A stretch of 64,000 bases of DNA from Klebsormidium nitens (Eukaryota; Plantae; Klebsormidiophyceae). The stretch spans positions 1 through 64,000 of the forward strand of contig DF236963.1 in assembly GCA_000708835.1 (NCBI GenBank), given 5' to 3'. Below are positions 24,070 to 36,600 of the stretch, piece by piece (position 1 is the first letter of the stretch; the number at the start of each line of letters is the position of its first letter). A program made the translations under genes and the position numbers. The notes beneath the pieces are model-generated. The model saw only the letters and a program-made list of their open reading frames with translations. It did not search any database and was not told the DNA's origin.

Positions 24070-27000
24070 CTATGGTCGAACGGTCCCAAGTGATTGCCTG
24101 CCGGCCCAAGTCGAGAGGCACCTGTCGTTGTGAAGGCAAGAATTCAGAAATTGCAAGCAGAGCCACATGATGAACGTGAGCGAGATATCGGACGGCCCAT
24201 ATCTGCTCACCAGGCCGTGCTCGTGAAGCCACCTGTCCAGCGCGCCCTCGCCCCGCAACATGATGGGTCCCCGCGACTTGTCGTTACCTTGGGGGACGGA
24301 GTCCGCGTCCACTACGATGGCCGTGATCTCAGCATCGTCAGGAACCTGTGAAGAGAGGACACGTGGCATGGGAAGATGGACACGTTGCACGAAGGGGTTT
24401 TGCCCCATTTTTTGAAGCACGATGGCCGCAATCTCAGTATTGGCGGAAACGTGTGCGGGGAAGAACACTTTCTTCAGAGCAGACAGACACGTTGGGATAC
24501 ATGGTCTCCCTGGAATGATGACGACAGTAACATCGCTGAACTGATCTGACTTTTGCTTCTGAAAGACGCACCTCGAAGATGGGCTTCGGTAGCAGTCTAT
24601 TGAGACGATTGCGCAAGCGGCGCATAGCCATGTCGAGCGCTTGCATAATAGCCTCTCAGGATCCCGCTGTACGACTGATGAAGCTGAAATCTTTGAAGAG
24701 AAGCGACTTCAACCAGATTGGATTCCCAAACCCCCCCTCGAACATGGGCTCTAGCAGGAGTCCCTCGAGGATGCTCTGCAGCCTGCGCGCGCCCGCATCG
24801 AGCGCGCTTGGCAAGCCCCATAAAGGTAACCGTGAAGCCTTTCAAGCCAGACCTTTCAAAGAAAGAAAGAAACACGGAAAACGACAACACACAAAAGGAT
24901 TCCAAAGCCCACCTCAAACATGGGCTCCAGCAGCAGTCTCTCGAGGATGCTGCGCAGGCCGCGCGCGCCAGTGTCGAGCGCCATGGCGCGCTTGGCGATC
25001 GCACGCAGGCCGCAGTCGGTGAAGTGCAGCACCACGTCGTTCTCCATTCGCAGCATCTTGCGGTACTGCCGCGCAACCGCGTTCTTGGGCTGGACCAACA
25101 CCTGGATTAAGACCAGACAAGGATTGTTATGCAGGATAAGTCTGATTTGACCTGTTTGTTTCAACAAAGCTTGTGTTCGAGAAAACGTAAAGACTTCGTC
25201 GGTTTTGATTCTCCGTTCGCAGCATCGCACCACGTTCCGCGGCTGAACCAAGAACTGGGAAAGCGTGCGCGGAGATGAGTCTGCGTAGATTGTGATCGGA
25301 GGGCCCACCTGTCGTCGTCTGAACCAGTGGATATGCTTCAAAATAGTCACGCATAGATTTCCGCGTCATTCAACAAACGAACCATGGGCAGAAGTGTGCA
25401 TGCGTGACTTGAACCAAGAATACGAAGCTCGCGAGCTTGGCAGTTGTGGGACAGCCGCAGGAACTCAGCTTGACTTTCACCAGATTCAAAAGAAGGTAGC
25501 ACTGGCATGCAGACATCTCATATGAGCTGACTGGACACGCTGTGAGGTCAAACCAACGTCAGCAAAGAAAAGAAGCAGAATAGAGGTGTGGAAATCGACC
25601 AGTCAAGTATAGCTTGATCAGTCTACTCAGATGCGAGACCACTGGAACCGAGTTCAAGCTGCCATAAGAGCAGCAAAGTGCAGAAGCTTGGAAATAGTTG
25701 AACAACACTAGCAGCAGGGGCGACACGATGATACGGTGAAGCCGCACTTGCACCAGCAGTGGGGCGAAAGTAGAAAACAGGCAAAGCGGCGCTGGTACCA
25801 AAGCAGGGGTGGGGGGGAGAAGGGCGGAACACCACTGGCGGCAGGGGGGGCAAAAGAACACCTAAACATCCACCGAAAGCAACGGCCCAGATCCATGAAA
25901 CCTGCGCGTTCGATGGGCTTCCGAAGCTTGATAAGGGCGATGCAGTCTGGCGCTCCGCCATCTGCTGTGCTCCGCTCCGTGCTCCAATCTGCGCTCCTGA
26001 AACTCGGAGTCAATTGCGGGGTCTCCTGTTCTTGAGAAACCTTGGAACGAGCTGGAAGGCAAAGCCCACCTGCACCAGCTGGTCCTCTGTGAGCGCGTCC
26101 AGGCTGACGACGTTTGGGAACCGTCCGATGAACTCGGGGATGAGGCCGTACGCCATCAGATCCCGGCTTTCTACCTGCACGCAGAGCGGCAGTGTTCAGT
26201 ATTTCTCGATCGAGTGAGCAGCAAGCCCAGTGAACAGTAAGCATTTTTGGGTTACTAAAAACCCTGACCTAAAAGATCACCCGCTTCGCACCCGTACCCA
26301 CCCTACCCCCCTAAGTAACCCTACCCGTCCCCGTGACTGTTCACTGGCTGTTACTGTTCACTACATCGATCGGAATTAGCGATCAGGGATGTCGTATCGA
26401 AATTGCAGCCCTCGTTCACATCTTCCTTGCTCGATGAGCGTTGCTCCAATTATGTAAGCAGATGAGCTGACAAGCCCGAGCAATGAGCCACACTGGTCGC
26501 GGAATTGATGGGCTGAACGTCTGCATTTTTCGTTGGCTTCAAGTCTGTCGGTTTTCCACGAGCAACGCAAATCAGATTCGGGCGGCCCCTACAAACTCTG
26601 CTCGGGAGTATCGTAATTCACTGGTTCAGCAGACTACTGTGCTGACAACGAGAGACGTCACACAGTCTTTGTACCGCAGAACCAAGAAGCGTTAAACCAA
26701 GTGTTGCGAGTCAATAGTATACAGTGTTGTTGGACTCGGATTCCCAAGCAGATCCTTGAACCCGATCTCAAACCCTGTCTTCAAAGCCCTCTTTCTGAAT
26801 CCAGACCCAAGTCGGGTTCTTTTAACCCGGTTTCAAACCCTGTTTTCAGAGCCCGCTGTTAAGGCCCGGGTGAACTCACCGACTCCAGAAGCTTGGCCCG
26901 CGTGGCGGCGTCCTGCGCGTGCGGGTCCTGGCTCCGCACCGGGGCCCCAAACCCGATCGACGCGGCAGCCGTCCTGTTTGAGAAACGGGGCCTTACTGTC

Positions 27001-30000
27001 AGCTTTGCAATGATAACGTTCGACCGGAAACAAAATCCTAAACCGGAATTGAACTGCTCCACACCGGGGCCCCAGACCCGATCGACGCGGCAGCCGTCCT
27101 GTTTGAGAAGCGGGTCCTTTCTGTCAGCTTTGAAGTGATAAGCAAGAAGGTGGTGACTTTCAACCGATGACAAAAATCTTAACCCGGAATTGAACTGCTC
27201 CGCACCTGTTATTACCGACTTTCGACAACGACTTTCGACGTGTATGACAATCTCTACACCCGAAACTTTTACCTGCTCCAGAACCAGGGCCCCAAACAGG
27301 ATCGACGCGGCAGCCGCCTGTTTGAGATTGTCAGCTTTGAACCCTCTTTTGAGGAACGGTTTCCTAAAACGAGGTCTGATTCACGAGACTTGGCCGGAAA
27401 CGGAGGGCAAGATGAACCATCTGCTGCTTTCTTATCTCGGAATCTCAAGGTCCGTATCGGTTTCGTGCCTTCTTTGGTCGACTTGTGAGGATGAGAGCTG
27501 GTCGTAATGTGCGGTCACGAACATAGGCGAGGCACACACTGCCACGTCGGCTTTGCCTCTTCCCCAATTAGGAGCAGACGTCTGTTTTGGATCGGACACC
27601 CCAGACGTACGTGGGGGGAAAAGAAAACACTCGGTGCAAAACGGGCAAGTGGTCACCTCCCTGCGCTGGAAGATGTTGTCAGCTCGTTGCCGCCCCAATC
27701 TCGTGACCTTTACGGTATTTGAGTTTTTAAACCTTATGGAGTTTCGGACAGTGTCCAAAAGACAGCTCACCTGTCCGCAACGATCTTGTCCAAATCTACG
27801 AAGGCCCCTCCCACGATGAACAGGATGTCGCGAGTGTCGATCTGCAGCGATGTCACAAGGCCACAGTTAGAAACCACCAAGGGGCTTTCGATGCTTGTCC
27901 AGATTGAATGCGTGCCTTCCGAGCGGCCTTACCACCGTACACTTGCAGCAAATTTCAACAACCGCAAACACGTATCGGACGCTGACCAGAAAGGGGCAGA
28001 GAAGAGGCGTCCGGCGAGGTGCACCTACGGGGGCTGGGATGCAATGCTTGAGCCACTATGCTTTTGTGCCCACCTCCAACCGCTGCGCTATAGCGGAACC
28101 TTAGAATGTCCGTATGTTACATTTTCATAAGTTATCATACATTCCGCGATGCTCCTTACCTGTACAAACTCGCCGCGCGGGCTTTTCCGCCCCCCCTTCT
28201 CCGGCACGTTCATCACCTGAATGAATAGAACGTCGGTCTTAGAATTGGGACCATTCACCCAATCGCATGGTATGAAGCACTAGAAGTGTCCGAAGCACCG
28301 GAGAGCAGTCGACGCGGACCTCGGAAGAGAAGAATGCATCATAACGCAATGACCTCCCTCCTCTTCCTTTTCCGCTCACAGTGTCCTCGAGCAGTTTTAA
28401 GAGGCCAACTAAAATTTACCACCTCGGAAGCGCAACTCAAAACAGCCACGATCGAGTAACATCAATGTGTCACGCCCTCTCATGATCCTGGGACTCTAAA
28501 CCTCGTCTCACCGTGCCTTCCATTGTGACTGGTCTCGAAAACCGAGAATAGCGACAAGGAAACAGCGCAACAAGAGGCAAATAACAAGGGGAAATAGCGC
28601 GACAAAAGGGGACCCATGAACAGTCAAAAGAATCCCCACAGAGTTCCGTCCCTCTCACCGTGCCTTCCAGCATTTTCAGCAGCGCCTGCTGCACCCCCTC
28701 GCCGGACACGTCCCGCGTGATGCTCATGTTCTCGGCCTTTTTGGTGATCTTGTCGATCTCGTCGATATACACGATGCCCTTCTGCGCGAGCGGGATGTCG
28801 TAATTGGCCTCCTGGAACAGCTTGTACAAAATGCTCTCCACGTCCTCGCCGACGTACCCCGCCTGCAAATAAAGCGCGTTCTCCGATTTTTCTTGTTCTC
28901 ATACTTTCCTTCCCCCATTTACAATCTTCTGGATCCGTTCTTCACGTTTGTACAATATGCTCTCCACGTCCTCGCCCACATACCCCGCCTGCAATGCGAA
29001 CAGGTTTCGACATTCTTTGATTTTCCCTTCTCTTATCTTAGTTTTTGTGAGAAAGTGCTCGACTTTCTTCCTTCAATTATGTAGCAAAGAACACTCCAGC
29101 TTGCACAAGATGCTCCACACGTCCTGGTCTCCTGCTACACTACTGGCGTATCTTATCTTCAGTGTTTTTGCTCCTTGTAGGCCATGCATACACGTACAGA
29201 ATGTTTTCCCGAATCTTGTTTGGGACTTAACACTGGCTCAACTGCACACACTCTTATGAGGTCCTGGCAAAGGAAGCGTGCATAAGATTCAAGCACGCAA
29301 ATTTCGAAGACCGACAGTCAAGTGGGATTATCAGCGAGAACACCTCGACCGGAGTCGTTGAAGCACTCTCACATGACCCCTGAATCTTGTCTACGTATGC
29401 ATTTCAGGTGTTAAAGCAGGAGGAACAGAAGGTCACAGCCTGGGACGGATAGAGTTAGTAAGGGGGCCGAGAGTGGGCTCGAATGGAGCAGGTGAATTTC
29501 TGGACGAACATCAATTTTACTTTTACTGATCTGGGGGGGTCCGAAGTTGAGCATTCACCTGGGTCAGGTTTGTGGCGTCCGCGATCGTGAACGGGACGTT
29601 CATCAGCTTCGCAAGCGTCTTGGCAAGAAGCGTCTTGCCTGCAACGACGAGATCGGGAAAGCAGTCAGGGGGTGGCCTACAGACTTACAGCACCGTCACT
29701 GCGACGTTTCTTCTGCCGCTGAATTTGTATTCAAAAATTGCTTGTTTCTGCATAGAGACTGATTGAGAATCTACCTTCTAAAATATTGCGGGCCTCCAAC
29801 AGCATGTGGCATGCCGCAGCGACTCCTGAGAGTTTATGGGCTCCAGTCCCCCACTTTGGTCGTTGCAACAGCAGACAAAGGGAATGGATACTTCGTTAAA
29901 GCGATATGGTGGTCCAAATCAGAGGGCAACACCCGCAATGGCCACAAAAACTTTTCATTTTCCAGAAACGAACCGAGCAGCTACAATTCGTCCAGCAACT

Positions 30001-33000
30001 TTGATCACCTCACAGTCCAAACCGGTCGGAAACCAACCTCGATTCGCGGCTCACCCAACCCCCTCGCTTTATCATTTCTACCTTCTAATGTTCGCAAAAC
30101 CTCCCGCTGACCAAGCAGCTTTGCCTCATCCCCAAAACCGGTGTATTTCGATTCTATTGTGAGTACCTTTTGTTTCAGACACTTACCGGAACCAGGGGGC
30201 CCCATCAGAAGCACATCGCCCTTGTCCAACGAAAACTTGTCATATCGAAAAGCTATACCGACTTCGTAACCAAGCAGGTTAAACTTTGACCACTTATCCG
30301 ACCCCGTTGGCCCCCATCAGAAGCACGTCACTCTTCTCCAGCTCCACCAAAACCCAATAGTCTAAACCAACTTTGTAACCACTTACCTGACCCCGTCGGC
30401 CCCATCAGAAGCACGTTACTCTTCTCCAGCTCCACCTCCTCGTCCAGCGCCTGTTCCTCCGTATCGACAACTTCTTCCTTCGCCCCAAACCGCTCCGGTG
30501 CGGGCCGCGCCTCCGGGGGGGGCGACGAATAAAAGTCCGGATCTTTCGGACGGTTGTACCCGTGCGACGAGTGGTCCGAGAAGGCGTCCGGCGCCCCCCG
30601 GTAAGACGTGTTGTAAGTGGGGGGGTGGTACGAACTAGTGAAGGTGGGGGAGCCGGACACTCCCGCGGGCCCCCCTGAAGTGGAGAACGTTGACGGGGGG
30701 GGATCCCCCTTGTCCTTCTTCGCCCGCTCGCGTTTTTGGTCCTCGAAGAAGACCCGCTGCAGACAGTGAGTGGCTCAGTGATAAGAAGGCGACTCCATAA
30801 GAGTGAAGATGATGGTGAGTTTAACGTTTGGTATGCTGGCGTTATGTACCTACATAGCCTGGTTTTCGGCACAGGAAAATAGGTCTTCGCTTCTGAGTAC
30901 TTTCAAGCGCGAGTGGCCTCTCGGTTTCACAGAGCAAACTCCATACTTGACAGTGAAAAGAGAACCAAGCGGGCTGTATTCAGCAGTGCCGTGCTCACTT
31001 GATTCACGGAAATACTACTTGCGGGGCACTTGTCAGCGAAGAAGCTTGCACTAAGGCTCAAGCTCAAGCTGTGACGATATGGGCATCGAGATGGATGAAG
31101 CGATTGAAATGACAGTTGACTCACTCTCTTGCCCATCTGTTCTCACCACAACAGATGCGCAACCAGTGCGGGGCTCTGGATCAATGGAAGGCAATCAAGC
31201 TTTGCCATGCTAGAATGCTGCCTCACCTTGTAATGGTTGTACACTTGTACTGCCAACACCTGCAAACAAATACGGACGGAGCCGTGTCAATGTCCAGAAA
31301 TATCCCCGCTGATCTCAATTCAACATTTCCCCTTCGCAATCCTCCAACTTCCTCATTCCTATCATGCATTTGCATTCCTCATCCCATCATGTAATCCTCG
31401 ATACTTTTGACCTTCTCAACCGACACCTGTTCAGCACCCTCAACACAAATGTTGAGCCGCATAGGCTGGCCCAGCACTCAGGGAGTCCATTCTGCAGTTT
31501 GCAGCAGCTTCCATACCCTCTTTATGCTTCTCTGCATGTAGGCTTTGGGCTTATTCCCACCAGTGGCCCCAACCCACCCAAACCCACCTTCTTTGCATTT
31601 TCCTGCCCAATTACAAAAGTGTTCAGGTCCGCGACAATCTGCTTAGGGGTCGCCAGCTTGAAATCCTTCCACCGATCGCCGCCGGGGGGTTCCTGGCCCC
31701 CCCCGCTGCCGCCCCCGCTGAAGTACGTCCCCGGCCTATCCCCCACGGCAGGCAGAATTGGAGACCCCTGCGAGGGTTGCATCACAATCGATGGCACTGG
31801 TCGTACCAACTGGCTCTGGTAGCTCGTTTGCCAAGCCGGGGGCGGACCCCGCCCGTCCGAAAAACTCTCGCTATTCGTTGCTGGAGAACGTGGCGCACTG
31901 TCTCGGTGCTGCGCGGGGCTGGGCGCTTTGCTGGCGGGAACTAGGATGGGCAGCTGGGAGTGACGGGACGCCCCCCCGGGGACCCAGGTCACGGGGGTGG
32001 CGAACGGCCGGACGACGGGGTTGAAAAGGTGCACTTCTCGGCAGGCTTTGCACCAGAGGACGGTCGGCTGTACTCCGACTTCCAGAAACCGCGTCTGGTG
32101 GAAGCTGACATCAGGCGTGATGTCGCCCGCCCCAGGGGCCGAGAGCTCCGCGTCACAGCGGAAGCAGAGGAGCCGGTTCTGCGCCCGGTGCTTCGACGCG
32201 CTGTCTCTGAGGGGGCCGGCACCGCCCCTCTCGCCCCAGTCTCCATGGCCCCTCAGTCCCGGAAACTTGGGAGGAGAGGTGACGTCTTTTGCACTAAATG
32301 CAGCGCTCGATAGAATGCTTTGAGAGGAGAGGCCGTCGACGAAGCAGGAGGAGTTGCGGGGGTCGGAGTGCGAGGAAGCGCCTTTCTGCGCCTTCTCGCC
32401 ATCCCCGTGCGCAGAGAACGAGCGGGCGAGAAAAACCCCTTCCCGGCGGCTCCTGTGCCTCTGTAAGCGGAGGAGACTGCCGCCCCACTCAATCGCGCGC
32501 CGCTGCGGTACAGAACCCATCACTGGCGCACCAGGTGATAACTCACAGGTAGAACAACAGCATGCTCCTCCTTTGCAGGTTTTGCAGCTCAACTACGTGG
32601 AACTGCGTGCAGGGGGGACCGGGGGCGATTTGTCGTCCCAGCTAATGGAGCCGGCTGATCAGGAAACTGCCACTGTTTGCATCAGCAGCTGGTTTCTGCA
32701 GATTGCATTGCGCTTGAAGGGCCTAGGAAGGAATCCGAAGGATGTGCAGGACTGTTCCTACATGCAGTGCTCAGATGAACAACTAATGACATTTGCAGCC
32801 ATGGATGCTGCCCGAATTTGCAGACCATCGAATCAAGGAATTTTGCATGTACCTACGTACTTACTCGTGTGCTGGTGCCGGACGAAGAAGGCGCAGCCAG
32901 GCGCAGCCGAAGCCGTTGGATGTCAAGAAGGGCTCCTCTGCGGCGTCCGATATGCACGTTTGGTGAGATAGATGCTTTTTCAACCGTCGATGAGATAATC

Positions 33001-33141
33001 GAGGGCGTCGCTTGTTAGTCCAAATTATCAAAGCGTAAACCCAGAAACATTCAACACACATAAATATGTGACATGGTCACGCCAAGTCAAGACTGTGACA
33101 GGCGAAAAGGGCGGAGAGCAGAGAGAAGAATTTGTCGCCAT
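24070..33141 (-). CDS. CLPX: ATP-dependent Clp protease ATP-binding subunit ClpX, plant organellar (probably mitochondrial) type
   Basis: About 13 exons. Motifs: [49 protein letters not shown] (Walker A), [26 protein letters not shown] (Walker B), [23 protein letters not shown] loop, [22 protein letters not shown]-terminal CxxC..CxxC. The first two exons (about 33141-32863) are tentative. Confidence 0.95.
26215..26370. mobile_element. Second MITE-like element of the same core family, in a CLPX intron
   Basis: Ends agtgagcagcaagcccagtgaacagt and actgttcactggctgttactgttcact are imperfect inverted repeats. The core aaaaccctgacctaaaagatcacccgcttcgcacccgtacccaccct..aaccctacccgtccc aligns with 3029-3102. 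Confidence 0.65.
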
Positions 33142-33692
33142 GGTCCTGAAATGGACACCGGCACACCTTTGTAGGGAAGGAGTAGGCGTTGGGCCCGGAG
33201 GCAACCAGAGGATATTGCTTGTCTGCCAGTGTTGGCTGGTTTAGCCTTTAGGTAATTCTTGCTGCTGTGCAAGGGGGAATGAGACACGCTTGTTTGAGGG
33301 ACTTGCACGGCGCTAAAAGTTCAGAAGCTGCCCAGGAAGCGCAAGCATTTACCAGAGAAACGGGCAGGTGCACAAGTTTCATGATCCTGCACTATTGCGG
33401 GTCAGCATAGCCCATTCTGGGACTGGTGCTGGTCTGTCCCTTCGCGGCCACAGGGTAGAGTTAAACCACCCAAGCACGACTTCGAGCAGTCATCCCAATT
33501 CCCAAGCTCTTTCTGAAGAAGGCCTTTGTTTTGCATGTCTTGTCCTTTAGGTTGCACTTTCCTGTCTGACAGACTCCTAGATTGGACCTTTGCGTTGGTC
33601 GAAACCCTATGAATGTACCAGTTTAGCTCGGTTGCAGACCCCGACTCCCAGATTCCTGCGGCAGGGACTGGGATTGCTCGCAGTCAAGCGGC

Positions 33693-36600
33693 ATGCTCCA
33701 AAGCGTCAAGAAAAAGCTGAAGGGTGGCCGCGCCAAGGCAGACCCTTCCAAGGATGGTCTCCCGGTAGATGTAGCTCCTAGTACAGTTGTAGTAGGTGCG
33801 AATAAGGGCAGTGCGCCAACCATGGGAGCTGGAACAGGGAGAGGCAGTGTTGCGGCCACAGGTTCAGGTTGGTGGCCATCCTTCTGACTCTTTCTTGTTC
33901 ATAGAAACCATCTTCGTGTAGATGGATTGCTCACAATCAGGGGTGCAGAGAGTGACATACAATGCGACAAGTCAGTAGGGCCCCTGTGTGGACCGTCGAC
34001 AGAGTCTTGCACGAGGATGCAAGAAACTGCATTTGGTCTGTGCTTTTCTTGAGGTTCTGCAAGACTGACCTCATTTGGTTGCATGAACATCTTCAAGGAT
34101 TCAAAATCCTGCATTCTCAGTTTGTGCACAGCTCTCGGATACTTTACCCATTCTTCCTCTGAGAATGTTGCATGGATCAATGATGGTGAAGTCGGTGAAG
34201 CTGCAAAGGCAGAGTGTCAAGTGCGGAGGAAAAGCGCACAGGCCAGTTGCAGGGGGAGCATTGTCAGGGTGATCTGGAATTCTTTGTCAGAGACAGCAGC
34301 TGTAAGCAACTTGTAGGTAATCTGATAGTTGCTGCATGAAAGCAGAACTGAGTTTTGAAATTTCTAGGGTCAAGTTCTTGTGCGATTATTGGCGCCTGTA
34401 ATGCCACCAGAAGTGTGAAATTCATCTTGGAAGAGGCTTTGCATGATGACATTCCCTCAGCAGCGGGTGCTCCAATCTCTCTCTCGAGGAACCCTAGGCA
34501 GTTCTTAAAAGTTGCTACCTATTCCATAGTCTAGAAGTAGGAAAGCTGCGTTTGCGTCACTGTAACATAGGGTTTGATTGCTCGCGCCTCTGGAGCCTGG
34601 TCACGATTGCTTGCCTCGCCCAACAGATGCAACTTCTGCCTGATTGCAGCCTGATGGCTCCAGTCTGCTTGTTCCTCTGCTTCGAATAGCCTTTTTGGTT
34701 AGCCCGGACCACACGCAAAGCAAGTCCGGTCATTGGTGGCTGATGCGAGGAGGCCAACAGATTCTGGTTCCTACGTTGTCAAAGAATTCTGGTGAATCCT
34801 GACATCGATCCACAACACTCGCAGGATGCCGCCAATGTGTGCGGGCTGCATTCCTGACAGACACTACACACACAGAAAGTTATGTCATACACCTTCCAAA
34901 TTCTACCAGTGATTCTTGCAAATAGGCGCCAGTGGAAATGGCAGCAACTCTTCCATTACTCTTGATACAGTCGTTCCGTGTCCCCCCCGCTTCGGCGTGT
35001 TGTCTTCTCTGTACTGTCAAGTCGATTCTTTTTGCACTCTCTCGGGCCTTTTTGGGGTTCCTCAGATGCTCTATGGATCACAAGCTTCTCAAGGGCATGT
35101 CGCACAGGTTCTCTCTGACTGCTCCTCCGCAAATGCTAACACCCCGACAGCATCGAACCCCCTCCTTGTACCAGAGTGCCCTGTTAAGCATCAGGGGACA
35201 TTACGTGGCATATTTAGCAGCTGGAAAGACCACTGCTTTAAGATCAGCAATCAAAGTGCACTAACCATCTCTTCTCATGTTCCATCTCTCAACCCCTCCT
35301 TCTGTGTTAGCAGGCCGAACTATGACCAAGCACGTATCTTGTAGGACCTCCTCCTTTGTCAACTGCAGTTCGTCCCCCCTCCTACTCGTTGCCAAGAGGT
35401 CGACCCCCCCGCTTCGATTTGCAGGCCGAAGCATTGCCAGTCCCTTTGGCTCGGGTCCCCTATCGTGCAGCAGAGTGATCGCAGTTCCTCACCCCCCCTG
35501 TTTATCATCAAATGTCTGATCCCCCCCTTTCGCATCTGCAGGCCGAAGTATTGCCAGCCCCTCCGGCTCGGGGGGCCCCATCGTGCGGCAGTCGTCGGTA
35601 GTGGGGGCGATCCTGCAGCAGCACAAGGCTGGCAGCAGCTCGTTCTCAGGCAACACTTCCAATGCTTCTGCTGCCACCATCGCTGCCGCATTCGCGGAGC
35701 CCCTCCCGGCCTTCCGGGACGTCCCCAGCTCGGAGCGCCAGGAGCTCTTTGCCAAAAAACTCCGCCTTTGCTGCTACACGTGAGTGGAGCGCGGGCTTGT
35801 CCTCATCAGTGTAGCTAGCGCTTTGCACTCTTTACAACGCCAATCTGTGGCCATCTGCGCCCGCTTTTCTGCCACACGAACGAAAATGTCTTTGAATAAC
35901 TTTCAATTCGTTCTTGCCATCCGTGATTGCACTGATCTTTTCTTGGCATCATCGAAATTTGAAATCCTTGTCAGAGTGCTCTTGGGTTCAATTAAAACGA
36001 TTCTGAACGTGATCTGAAATTGTCGGAGCTGTTACAGCCAGTGCTAGTGGTCGACTCTTGTCTTTCACATTCTGAGACCAGGATACTGAGTGGAGCTCTT
36101 TTTACTTCCCAGGTTCGACTTTTCGGATCCGACCAAGAACGTCCGCGAGAAGGAGATGAAGCGGCTGACGCTGCTGGAGCTGGTGGACTATGTCAACTCG
36201 GGGACGGGCAAGTTTAATGAGGCCGTCTTTGAGGACATCACTCAGATGCTGGTTGCAAACCTGTTCCGCACGCTCCCCCCGTCCAGCCACGAGAACAGCG
36301 CGAATGTTGACAATTTTGACCCGGAGGAGGAGGAGCCGTCGATGGAGCCCGCGTGGCCACACCTCCAAATTGTGAGTCTCAGGGTTTGGGTTTCCGAAAA
36401 GTGGATTTTGAACAGAAGAAGAGCGTGCACACGCAAGACTGCAAGCTAGGGGTGGTGTTCTTCGAGCGGGGTTGCGAGCTGTTGCATGGGGATAAGTGGT
36501 CGTATGTTTTGCTGCCTTCGTTGAACAGCTCTGAGTGCATGTTCTTGTCACTAGGAGCTACGAGGATTTCTTGGAGTCTGTTCTGAGCCGTTGAGGACTT

